Of a stretch of DNA of 64,000 nt, positions 51,885 to 64,000 are shown in pieces. The DNA is from Paraspadella gotoi (taxonomy: Eukaryota > Animalia > Chaetognatha): the NCBI GenBank assembly GCA_051294375.1, contig CM119269.1:19691936-19755935 (forward strand). Reading direction: 5' to 3'. A program made the position numbers and the translations under genes. The number at the start of each line of letters is the position of its first letter. Position 1 is the stretch's first letter. The notes beneath the pieces are model-generated. The model was given only the letters and a program-made list of their open reading frames with translations, made no database searches and was not told the DNA's origin.

Positions 51885-52305
51885 CGCCGGCCAATCCTAG
51901 GTCAGCGTCGGTTCCTCCAAATCTGGCCAATCAGAATCCGTGTTTACTCGGAAAAAAAATCCGCTGACAACCCGGTAGTCAAAAAGTTAAACTTTCCAAT
52001 CTTTTTGGATAACATGAACCAATCAAATCTTCAGTCATTAAGCACATTTTATTCACAAAAATAATTCAAGTGGGTAAAATTTTAAGTTATTTACAGCATT
52101 TTTAATAGAATTCGTCGTATAGCAACATGTCTGCTTTGCTTTCAATCCCATTATGTTTTAAAAATGTTTAACAACGTAAACCAAACTTTGCAAACAATCA
52201 TCATTCCCAACAATTAATTGTTCATTATGGAAGCACTTTCTGTTCTCCATAAACCAATCAAAAACCGACCCTGTCAATCAACCTTCCGACTCCACCAATC
52301 AGAGG
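51885..52305. promoter_or_regulatory. Cluster of CCAATC boxes upstream of the chitin-binding gene
   Basis: Five RCCAATC motifs at about 51890, 51926, 52018, 52253 and 52294. Confidence 0.3.
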
Positions 52306-52416
52306 GCTCAATCTAATCCGACGATTCCCACCCAAACATCAAATCACTCTTCACGCCTTCACTCACTCTCTCACTTCATCGTCGCCTTTCACGCAAACTC
52401 CCAAAACGTCGCACCC

Positions 52417-52532
<116 letters not shown>

Positions 52533-53169
52533 AACGAAATGAATGCCAAATTTTTTAGGTGAAAAATGCGGCGGTGCGTTGTTAAGGTCACCGATGACGA
52601 CAAAAATAACGACCTTGACAGAATGTCGATGTTTAAGAAAATAAAGATACAATTTTTATATTAATTTTGTTTGTTTCTGATGCTTTTCTGATATTAAAAG
52701 ATGTTTTTTTTTAAGATATCGCCATAGAAATTGTTGCCGTCAACGAAAAATATAAAAAAACTAGAAGCTATTGAGAAAAAAATTATAAAAAAAAAGGATG
52801 TGAAAAACAAAGAGGAAGAGAAACAATAAAGAGAGAAAAGAAAAAGAAAAAAAACGGTAAGGAAAAAAGGGGGAAAAAAAAAGAAAGTGGAGAACGAGAT
52901 ACTCACCCATAATCGACGGGTGAGGCAAGAAGGGTCGATGACGAATTGCCTCGGTGAAAGATCCAGGGTAAGTAAAGGTGAGGTGAGCGAAAGGAAAGCT
53001 CGTTTTCGCAACTGGAGATTCGAAAAGAGTTTCAGCAACATGAATGATTTGAAAAGTTGTGCAAAAGTAACTGTATCTTTCATCGGCCTTTATTATGTAA
53101 TTGTATTCAAATTTGGGAATCTAATTGCATGTACTACATGTACGTATTAAACGTATTTCCCATGAATTT

Positions 53170-53284
<115 letters not shown>

Positions 53285-53994
53285 TTCTCATTTCCATCTG
53301 ATTCAGTGCCGACGACGAGGGAAATAATCCCCCTTCCCCGAAATCAGAGGGCAGAGCCCGAATCGGCCAAACGTCGGTCAAAACGAGCGAACATTTGTGG
53401 GCGGCTGTGGCGCGATCGTTCAATTGATTGCTTATTTCACCAAATTGATGGCTCGTTTGTTCTCTATCGATTGGTTGTTTCTTTCCCATCGAAATTGTTT
53501 GCGTTTTTACACTAAGCCATTGCCGTTTGGATTAATGGGTTTTTTTTTTCTCGTCCGAGCCCATTGCTTGCTTTTACCAATTCGCTCGTTAATATTTGGT
53601 ATTTTCCTCCCCAATTTGATTGTTTTTTCCCCTGCCAATTGTTTTTTCCCCTGCCAATTGATTACTTACCCTATCTCCTCAGTCCTCACTACATAAAATT
53701 AAGCTTATTTGTAAACACGCTCTTCAGGACTGAGCGTGACGACAAAAGTCGTTGAACCCTGGTGAGCCTTGACAGGCGCCGACAACGCTCAAGTGTTGAG
53801 GGGAAAGTGGGGGGGGGAGGGGGAGGGCCGGGGGAGCCGGGGCAACGTCCGAGGAAAAGGCGGCCCAAATCGGGCTGAGGGGGGGAAGGTTTCACTAGAG
53901 TAGAGGGGACGGGGTTTCCCGGGATCGGCGGCAACTACGCCGGGTTTAGCGAGTTGGCTTCATGGCCGGAGAGAAGTCGCCCTTTTTAAGAGTA

Positions 53995-54415
53995 CTATCT
54001 AGGAAAAAAGTATATCACATAATTGTTGAAAAGTTCCTTGATTCAATAAAAAATATAAAAAATATAGATAAAACATTCTTAAAATTGTGTATGCCTCTCC
54101 TTAGCATCGACTACTGCCTGCAATTTTTTTAAACCAAAAAAAGTTGCAAGGTCTTTAGCGTTGCCAAATTAAAAAAAGATAACTTTATTCAAAATTAAAA
54201 TAAATAATTAAATACAAAAAATGGTAAAAAACTAAATATAATTTTTTTTACTAATTTAATTTTGAAGTAATATTATTTTTTTGCCTGGAATTTCTAAACG
54301 ACTTGACCTACAAACAAATGGAAGGAAGCTTCTGAAATAAAATTCCATGTAAATTTAGAAATTTTTAAGTAGATATCCTTTATTAAAAATGTGATATACA
54401 TTTTTTCCTAGATAG
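53995..54415. mobile_element. MITE with ~26-bp terminal inverted repeats and TA target-site duplication (Tc1/mariner-type signature)
   Basis: TA|CTATCTAGGAAAAAAGTATATCACAT ... ATGTGATATACATTTTTTCCTAGATAG|TA, with an AT-rich non-coding interior. Confidence 0.85.
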
Positions 54416-56560
54416 TAGATCGGATTGAGAAGGTGGATAAAAATCAGCGTCGACCTCAGATAACAGACTTGACGAGGATGACAGACTAGACGAGGATGAC
54501 AGGCAATGGACTCCCTGCTAAAAGTAATAGAGAAATATTTTTATCGAATAGCAATGATGTAAAAGTGAAAGGGAGCAGCTCTGAACAGTGACAGACAGTG
54601 ACGTGTAGAGGGGTAGACACCCTTTATAAATCTGAGGAGTCCGGGCTCTTTCGGGGTCCCTTAAATATCTTACGATGCTAAAAAAATAGGGATAGGTAAG
54701 CTAGGTACTCTGGGAGTGAATAAACGAGACTGTCTGAGATTCTTGATTAAAAGCTTGCAAGGACCTGCTATGTCATTATCTTGTAAGAGTGATGGAGGCC
54801 TTAAACCACCAAAGCCTGTCTAAAGTCAGGGTCAAGATAGCTTATTAATTAAATGGGTGGATAATTTTTATAATGATTGTATCAATTTCAAATATATAAA
54901 AAAAAAAACCAAAAAATACTTTTTTGTATCAGTTGAAAATCTTAACAGAATATGCTTATTATGATGAAAATATGTGTGTAAAAATTAAAAAAAAAGTTTT
55001 GCCAATTTCTAAAACTAACTGCAATGGTCGGCCTGGGGCTTGCAAGGACTCACAACCTCTCTGCACCTCCCTTGTGACCGGTCAACGTGATAAACACATG
55101 AAGTGACGCTCATGTTGATTTTTTCTCGACCAATTTTTGTTCATATTATACATATTACAATTTTGTCAATGCAATTTTAAAAAAAAAGTAACACACTGAG
55201 TTAGTAGGAATAAGCGCTCGACATTGGACATTGGACGGGGCATGACATCGATTACAATAACAGAGTGTGGCAGTTGGCAACTGTGACGATGACAATTCTT
55301 TCTTTCTCAATCTTGAGCTTGAAGACTTGCTGTCGAGGTTAAAGGTTCCACACTTAACATTTTCTCTCAATTTATTCGAGACGAAAGAAGTTTTACTTCA
55401 GACCGTGAAGAACAACGTGCGAACAACGAAGATGATCACAATAGAATCAACGCGGTGAAAATGTATTTACATGGTAATAGTATTATCAAATATATTTAAT
55501 TTTCCACTGTTACATCTATCAAGCCTTAAAAAATATTATACATACATTAAGAAAAGAGCCCTTTAAATGGGGACGGATGCACTGAAAGTCAACCACGAAA
55601 ACTCGATCCGTTTTCGGTATAATTTTAAAGTCCTCCGTTGGCTTCGGTATTAAAATTCCATTTTTTTTTCTCACGGCGACAGGAGTAAGCGTCGAAAATG
55701 AAAAGAACAATTTTGAAAGTGGAGACGCAAGGACGCGAACGCCCGCGGGGAAAGAACGCGCGTCAAAACGTTTTTCTCCAGAGACTTGGGAGGAGAAAAA
55801 AAAATTATTCTTCACGCGAAAATCAATTTGGTTCTTCTCTCAATTTGTGAAGAAAACGAGGACGTGTTACAGCATTCAATCAGTCGGGAAGTTCTTTTTT
55901 TTTCGTTTATATCTTTTAGCTAATGCGCAAATTAATTTTTTTTCCCTTCATGTTATGTTTATTTTACTACTATTTCTCCTGTTACGCCCACTCTTCCTCG
56001 CTGCCTATATCTGTTTTGACTGTGATGAAAACTCCGATTTAATTCTAAAAAAATCGTTGTTTGTAACAAATAAACTTTGTTCTTCTCAAAATAATTTGTT
56101 TCTTATCTAATACTTGTTTTTGAAAACATTTATAATCGTATCGATAGACAGACGGACCAAAAAGCGTCTCGCTGAGACGCGTCTCGCCGCAACTGAGCCA
56201 AGGGAGAAAAAAAAACCTGATCCAAGGACGGGGACGAGTCCTCGTGTCTCTATCGAGTAGAACATCCACTAGATGAAAAAAAATCGCGCCTGGAGACGTT
56301 TCATTCATGAATCATTAATGAGTAATAAATGAGGACAGCTTCCGGGGGGAGAATGAAAGGTCGCTGGCCTGATTAATCGTGCCAGGGAGCGTACGTGTGG
56401 TTTATGATTGTACGGGAGTATCAGTGCGTGTGTGCGCACATGTGTGAGTGCGTGTCTCGTGTAAAATTGTTTCTCTACTTTTTACCCGATGAATCTCGGT
56501 CAAAGGAGGAACTGGAATGACAATGGCTGTCCTTGAGGAGATTAGGCGGACGAAAGGGGG

Positions 56561-56662
<102 letters not shown>

Positions 56663-58723
56663 TAAGTGAACCATGTCGAAAAACGACGCCAACGATGGCG
56701 ACGAAGAAAGCAACAACATCCGGATGAAGAACTGATGGAAATGATGATGATGAAGATAATAATGATGATGATGATGATGATTATGATGATGATGATAATG
56801 ATGAAGATTGATGATATTGATAGAGTAATAATGATGCTAAAGATGAAAAAAATAAAATTGATGATGATGATGAGAAAACATAGAAAGTAATAGTGATAAC
56901 TAATAACGCGTCCAAATTCAACAGATCATATGTCTTTGGCGAAGAAAACAGAGTTGAATAATGAAAACGAGTCGTAAGATAAAAATGACGAAAACAAAGA
57001 CGATGAAGAATTCGACTAAAGATCAACTATTATTTCGCAATGTCTTCCATCTTCGTTTCCCCAAAAGCGTCTCTAGTCCATCCACGCTTTTAATCGGCCT
57101 CCATCGCCCCCTTGCCCGCAGAAAAGGCCTCGCGGGGCCTCATACGCTATCCCTCATCAATGGCGCCCCTATTTTGTTTCGCCAACGACTCGCGTCTTGT
57201 CGCGGCTCGTCTCGCCACGCCCACGAACGGCGCTTCGTCCCGTCACGCCCACGAATCGCGCCGCTTCTCGCGCCTCCGGATTCTCACGCGTTTTCGCGTC
57301 GACGCCTCATTTGTTTTCGATGACGTCGCTCGCGTCGACTTTGCTTGGCGAAAGTCCGAAAATAAAATTATATTCGTCGTCGTCGTCGTCATCGTCGTCG
57401 TCCATCCACTTAAATAGTCCTAACTTAAATTACTTAGGCTAGTGTCACCGTGTCGTCGACATCCCGACATCTTAATCGATATATTATACAGTCGGCCTCG
57501 TTCTTCCTCGTTGCCACCATCTTTGTCTTCTTCGTTGTCACCGTCATTTTCGAATTCCTCTCCTCTCTTTCAATCGGTCTACAAAAGATAATCGTCTTTA
57601 ACTCAAAGTGAAAAAAATGGAAAGTAAGTATTTCTTGTTAATTTATTTCGTGATTCGTAACCATGGCGATTTTTTAAACATAATGAAACTTCATTAAGTT
57701 CGTCGTGTAGAAAAACGTGTTGAATAAAAACGAGAGCAGTCACAAGTTAATAATAATAATAACTTCAAGTTTTGAAACTTTTGTAAACTTGTAATTACTG
57801 TATAATATAATATAGTATAGAAAAAAAGAAAAAAAGGAATAAGGTAGTGAGAGAGAAAGAAAAAAAGAAAGAGAGAGAGAGAGAGATGTTGTTACGCCAA
57901 AACTTGCTAAGTGGTCTCCAGACAATTTTCGCATACTCATCGTTGGAACTTTTCCCCGGGCCAGTATACGAACCATCGCCTTCCATTTTGTTTTTCATTG
58001 CGTCTGAAGTCGTTCGTCTATTGGATTATGTATGAATATGCTGAATGGCAATGTCGATTACTTGAGCTCTTTAGTCTTTAGTTGAGTTAAATTTTAGTTT
58101 TCTGGTTTTGATAGACGCGACAACAACTACGTTATTTTAATTGTATGTATGGCTGATGAATTATAAATACACAAAAAAAAAAAAAACAGGAAAAAATCTA
58201 AAACAGAAAACTAAAAAAACATTCGGATTAAAAGAAAGAGCAAAATAAATAAAATAAACTTTAAAATCGAGAATAACTAAAAAAATTAAAAAAAATTGTA
58301 AAAAAATTAGAGAGAGATTTATTGAAAGAAATTACGAGCGAAAAAAAAAAAAGAAAATGGGGAAAGAGGAGATAATGAAAAGAAAAGTAAAAAAATGGGT
58401 AAGTGAGGAAGAGATAACAAATCCTTGGTTTAGGAAATCTTCATTTACTTGTTGAGCCACTTATGATGCGACTAAATATGAATTTGCTTTCAAGGGATTT
58501 CACCAGCTTAAACGATGCAGTTCTATTATTTAAGGAATCATTTCCCATTTGTATTTTTGTCGGGTTTTGGTGTGGGTTTAATTAGCTAAAAGGTTCGCTG
58601 GAGCGAGAAAAAAATGGTCACTTTTTTGTCGTCAAAAATTGTTTTCGAAATTGGTTTTTGTTTAACCGACCCAAAAAGACTTAAGAGGAGTCATTTTCTC
58701 CTCGATAGACGACTAAGTTTTTA

Positions 58724-59922
58724 TAGTGTTCCGATAACCGTTAACTGTTAACGGTTATTAACGGTTAAAAATAATTTTAACTTAACCGTTAATACATTCA
58801 TTTTAACGGTTAAATTCGGTTAATTTTCAAATGTGATTTTTTTCATTTTTTGGTATGAAATCTTGAAAATTAAAAAAAAATATTTTTTTTCTGTTCTCTC
58901 TTATTCTCCTCTCCCCTTCTCACCATATTTTTACCACTCTCTCTCTTCTCCAATTTTTCCCTGCTTTTTTCCTTTGCTTATTTTCTCCTTTTCTATCCTC
59001 ATCTCTCTCTTATTCTTTCTCCCTTTATTTATCTCCTTCTGTTCCTTCTTTTTCTTTCTCACTTTCCCCTTTTCTTTCCCACTTTCTTTTTTCTCCTTTT
59101 TTCCCTTTGCTCTTGCCTTTTTCCTTTTTTTTGCCCTTTCATGCAATAATATATATTCAATTTTGCTAAAAATAAATAATCCCTCTTATTTTACTTTTTC
59201 TCTCTTTTTCTTTCCCTCTTTAAAATTAACAAAGAAGCAAATGAAATAAAACCGAATGAATGAAAAAATGAATAAAAACCAAATAAAAAAATTATTTTAA
59301 AGAATTTAAAAATTAATAAGAAGGAACGAATCTTAAAAAAGACATATAAAAAGAATAATGATGATATACTTTTTTAATTAAACTGAAAAATATATTTTAT
59401 TAATCAATAAATATTTTGATCAATCGATAAATCAACCAGTCTATCAATAATTTAAAATTCATATTTATTATTATGGTCACTGACAATTGGTCATAGTTTA
59501 TGAAAGACTAACAACGAAAACAAGCGTTTAATAACCTGACAACTACAGATATATATCGGTTAGAGAAAGAACAAGAAAGCAAAAGAGAGAAAAAGACAAA
59601 AATTAGAATTAGAATTTGATGGATCTATCTTTCGTTTCGTTGTGTTATGAGATTAGCAAAAATATTTGTTTGGTTACAACAACAATTTTATTTGACATAA
59701 AGAATTAGACATTTTCGACTCTGTTTCAAGTTTTTATCAGCGCATTCAAGAGCCAGAGTTAAAGAGAAAATACCATTAAATACTTTATTTTGTTTTAATC
59801 TTGATATTTTAAATTTAAAGTTAAATTATAAAATTAACCGATCTTAACGGTTAACCGTTAAAAATTGTTAGGTTTTAACGGTTAAGCGAATTTCCTAAAA
59901 AATTACGGTTATCGGAACTCTA
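58724..59922. mobile_element. Non-autonomous DNA transposon, hAT-like
   Basis: TIRs TAGTGTTCCGATAACCGT / ACGGTTATCGGAACTCTA. Multiple subterminal TAACGGTTA/TAACCGTTA motifs at both ends. Flanks agttttta / gttttgta resemble a decayed ~8-bp TSD. No transposase. Confidence 0.8.
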
Positions 59923-60230
59923 GTTTTGTATATATTGAAAAATTAAGTCTAAGTTTAATTAATTGTAAACGTCGAAGGAAAATAAATTAACAAGATTTAA
60001 ATAATTTTAAAGACAAATCGATAATTTATTGAGTGTAAGAAACAAATTCGTCATAATAAGAACAGGATATCCTCAGCCGAGAAAAAAAAACAAGTGATTA
60101 CAGCAAAAAAAAAAAAAAAACAGTATGAATAAAAACATGAGAACAAGAACAAAAACAATATCCAGGTATCGAGGTGCATTGTTCAGCGCCGATGGCGATT
60201 AGCAGCGGGTCTCTACCAATTAAAACAAAT

Positions 60231-60274
<44 letters not shown>

Positions 60275-60494
60275 GCATGAAAAGGAAAACGAGGTGAAAA
60301 GCAGGGCATGGGGACAAGGAAAAGGAGATCTGTAATGAGAGATCCGGATTGCCTATCTTCTTGACTAAATAAATTACATAAACTTAACTATAAACAATAA
60401 ACAATAACTAAACAAAGCGAACCAAACAATTCGAATATATTATATCATGAACACAGGTTGTACCTGTTAACACTTTTGAATAAAAAAAATATTT

Positions 60495-60670
60495 TTATTT
60501 TCTAATTTTCGCAGTGGCCCATATTTATGCATAGTACTCACCATAGAAAATAAGAAAATTTTAAATAATTTTTTTTTTAGTTTTGAAAGAAGATTTGAAT
60601 TTTTGATTTAGATTTATATATACTTTTTTTGAGAAATTCGAATCTTCTTTCAAAACTAAGAAAAAAAAAT
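60495..60670. repeat. AT-rich repeat related to 6845-6950, with an internal long inverted repeat
   Basis: ttagttttgaaagaagatttgaattt (~60577) is inverted at aaattcgaatcttctttcaaaactaa (~60634). Confidence 0.65.
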
Positions 60671-61854
60671 TTAAATTTTGAGATAAAAATTTTACTTCGT
60701 CAAGATGACAATTAAATCGTCGCATAAATTTTACAACGAATCATCTGTCAAAATATTCGAAATTAAAGAATGAACGATAAAAGAAAAAAATGTTTAAAAT
60801 ATAAGAGAATTCATTATGTACACGTCGGCAGAAGTATTACTAATAAATAGGTTTCAAAGGACAATCCATTAATGAATTCTCGCTTCTCAACCTTAAAAGT
60901 CGATTGAAAACTACCAGCTCAGGCTGAAGATTTTACTTCCCTAATTAATTCCCTCGTTCTTTAATTTCCTCGCGAGCAACGACGACAATTTTACTGATTA
61001 CGGATTTACTTTTATTTAAATCGATATTCGGTTCGTGATTCGAATTCACTCACTTTCCGAGATCATTGACCGACTTTTAAAAGTATGGAACGAACGTTAG
61101 TACGCAAGCGTCTGTCCTTAACTTCCTAAGTTCAGTTTTATGACCTTCTCTTTCACAAGTTATCCTTAAGTTTAGTCCACACTACAACGCTGTTTTTTTT
61201 TCTCTTATCTCTACCTTCGAGTCATAACCTCGCTCACGGCCTTTCTCAACGAGAACGGAACATGCATATTTGATTTCGTAAACTTTCTCTTTCGAGGTTA
61301 TATCGCCGACTTCCGCTGTTCCGAATACGATTTCCGAGAAATCGACCAAGTTCCTTCGCCCCCTCACCGCCCACCGGATCAACTTCTCTCCCCCGTTCAG
61401 TGTCCCACCTCGTCGGTCCTCGCCCCCATTAGTCTTAACCTTTCACCCACGCCAAAGTCTCACCTCATAAAAAGGCTTTTAGGGGGGGAAAGGCAGGCTG
61501 CGAACGGTTCGGAGCCAACTACCGATTGGAACGAAGACGTTGGGGCCGTTAACGACACAAGATTTAGAGAGATTGGATTTAGATGTGCATTTCGACTGGC
61601 AACGCCAGTGCGAACAGCAAAGATTATTCTGTTTGGGCTTTAATGGGACAGTTTTTATCGGGCGTTTGTTTGTCTTTTAGTTCGTCAAAAATACGTAAAT
61701 ACGTTCAACATTCGGTCTAAAGATTTTAAAACAATATTTGCACCTTTTCAACGGAAAAAAAAAGAGAAAAACTCAACAACCCAGGCTTCGCAGGCCTGCG
61801 GCGCTACCCGTCCGTTGTAACGTTTCCCCATTAAAAAAAAAACCCTCTTCACAG

Positions 61855-62453
61855 ATTGCACTTGGGCCTTGAGCGCGGTTTCGCCGACGGGCATCGTGAT
61901 CCCGTCGGGAGGCGCGGTTGCGTCGGTGGGCGTGGCGTCGCCGATCGAGACGCGGATCGCTTGCGGCGATTCTCAGATTCCGGAGACGTGGATGGAATTT
62001 TACGGTTTTTGTCTGGATTTTCGTCGCTGCTTCGAAATTCCCTACGTCGAAACTTGCGGGTGAGTTAATCTAGGGTCGCTGTGTGCTGCTTGAAAGTTTA
62101 TAATTGACGATGTTAATGATAATGATAATGATAACTATCTGGGAGAAAGGGAGCATAACGCGATGGATCATTGTTTGAGGAAAATAAAAATAGAAAGAAT
62201 AATCCTGCGCGAGACAATTTATAAGCATTGATAGTTTAATCACTGTGATTCGTTAAAGTATTTGATTGCTGGGGATAAAGCCAACCACAAACTCTGCATT
62301 CAGAGCCGACGATTATCTTCACAACTTGGAGATCTCCTGTCATCGAGTGGTCAACTGCGCGCATCTCGACTGGACGAGAACTGAAGACGCTGGAAACTAC
62401 ACCGCTTGCGATCTGCTGCACACCTGTCTGCCCTACTTGCCGCCGGTGGGAAG
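61855..62453 (+). CDS. Two internal exons of a Cys-rich protein with a divergent peritrophin-A/CBM14-like domain; gene probably continues beyond the window
   Basis: Exons 61855-62059 and 62304-62453 join in phase 2. They give C-x15-C-x5-C-x8-C-x12-C-x5-C with C-x2-F-x2-C, then RTEDAGNYTACDLLHTC. A possible first exon is ATGGAAA|gtaagt at 57617-57623. Confidence 0.65.
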
Positions 62454-62590
62454 GTAAAAGCGCGGGAGAGAGATGTCATCGTCGTTGTCTTCGTCGCCAT
62501 CTTCATTATCGTCCTCATTGTCGTTGTTTTTACCAAACTGTCGTCGTTTTTCTAGTCTTCTCCTTCTCAAAGCCAAACTGAGACAAAATA

Positions 62591-62662
62591 TTTGTTTGAA
62601 CTTGTTTGAACTTGTTTGAACTTGTTTGAACTTGTTTGAACTTGTTTGAACTTGTTTGAACT
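62591..62662. repeat. 10-bp tandem repeat (CTTGTTTGAA)x7
   Basis: Directly visible near-perfect array. Confidence 0.95.
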
Positions 62663-63474
62663 TTGAAGGACCAAAGTTAGTGTCAAATTTATGTCAGGAG
62701 AAGTTTTCACTTTTTTTTATAATTTCCTTTTGTTTCGGTCCCTGAGCGATTCCGACCGAAAGTGAAAATAATCATAATCATAAGCAAAAGAAAGTCGCGA
62801 AAAAATTAGGAAAACTGAACCTCTAAGCTTGAAGTCACATCTGACCAAAATCCAAAGCGGATAAAAAAAAAAACCCAAAAAAACATTTAAGCATCTGTTG
62901 CCCATATTAGGGCCTGAAATCTATTAGCTGTAAAAATTCTCATTCTCAAATGCGCACTTCTCTAAATATGTTTTTCAAAACTAATATGGTCTTATGGACA
63001 AAAAAAGTTTCAAAAGACCGGAGGACTTTTATAAAATATACAGCATCATTGAAGCTGCAAATTCGGTAATGGGTGGTCCGTGTGTTGCAGTTTCTCCGAT
63101 CGGTCGACATCACCTGGATCGATGGATTCCTGTTCAAGATCACTCTAAAGATTGACTACATCTCAATCGCTCGCTAACGAAAAAGCTTTCTCTCCTCTTT
63201 TTTTTTTTTTTAATCTTCTATAGCGTTTCTCTTTTTCTTTCTTTGCAGATTTTTATCTTTTTTTTTTTTCCATATCCAATCCGTCTCCTTTTGTCTCCCC
63301 TCAATTTCTCACTCCGTGTTCCTTTTTTCCTATAAACAATCGAATTTATCTCTTTCCTTTCATCGTAAAAAGGATAAAAAGTTAAAAAAACAATTAAAAT
63401 AAGGACGAAAAAAAAAGATAAGATAAAAAAAGGCACGAAAAAGCTTGTTCATTTTTCTTCGTCGTTTTTTCCCC

Positions 63475-64000
63475 CGCATTCCTTTCTCCTTCTTTTCCTT
63501 CTTCCCCCGCTCTCTTCCTCCTTCCTCTTTTCCTCTTTCTCCACTCTTCTTTCTCCGTCTTTCCTCTTCCCGCTTCTCTTTCTCCTTCCTCTTTTCTCTT
63601 TTCCCCCGCTTCCTTCTCCCTCCTCTTTTCCTCCTTTCCCCCGCTTCTCTTCCTCCTTCCTCTTTTCCTCCTTTCTCCACTTCTCTTTCTCCTCTCTTTC
63701 CTCTTTACCCCCGCTTTTCTCTTCTACCTTCCTCTTTTCCTCCTTTCTCCCGCTTCTCTTCCTCCTTACCTCTTCTCCTTTTCCCCCGCTTTCTTCCTCC
63801 TTCCTACTTTTCCTCTTTCCCCCTTCTCTTTCTCCTTCCTCTTTTCCTCTTTCCCCCTTCTCTTCTACCTTCCTCTTTTCCTCCTTTCCCCCGCTTCTCT
63901 TCCTCCTTCCTCTTTTCCTCCTTTTCCCCCTTCTCCTTTCTTCTTACCTTCCTCTTTTCTCTTTTCGCTCCGGCTTCTCTTCTACTTCCTCTTTTCTCCT
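63475..64000. repeat. Polypyrimidine minisatellite-like tract
   Basis: More than 500 nt of almost pure C/T with recurring cttcctcttttcctc / ttcccccgcttctct units. Confidence 0.9.

Noticed and set aside
62591-62662. Regular short repeat array as CRISPR-like
   Set aside because: Head-to-tail 10-mers without spacers, in a eukaryotic intron, with no cas genes.

Overview
Eukaryotic nuclear DNA, probably from an invertebrate animal. It is AT-rich and CpG-replete, has GT-AG introns, is dense in (GA)n/(CT)n microsatellites, and contains two 10-N scaffold gaps. Most ORF-track entries are microsatellite or low-complexity artefacts; the real genes had to be assembled from short exons by splice-site and phase matching. 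Supported genes: (1) an unidentified acidic/Pro-rich protein on - that runs off the left edge (1-2403); (2) a weakly supported + strand multi-exon gene (~2855-14449) whose long intron appears to host (3) an SLC16/MCT-like transporter on - (8370-10932) with a disrupted last exon; (4) a complete class II DYRK kinase of DYRK4 type on + (16668/21350-34873) with two phase-compatible alternative N-terminal exon sets; (5) an SLC37 sugar-phosphate exchanger on + (37329-45891); (6) a probably secreted protein with two peritrophin-A/CBM14 domains on - (46501-51031) and a candidate alternative last exon; (7) exons of a divergent CBM14-like gene on + (61855-62453). Repeats include two SINE-like families sharing a covarying structured 3' module, a hAT-like non-autonomous element, a TA-flanked MITE, Helentron-associated (HINE/DINE-like) elements and degenerate telomere-like tracts. 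No CRISPR array, rRNA or intact tRNA was seen. All family calls rest on recognised motifs, not database searches.
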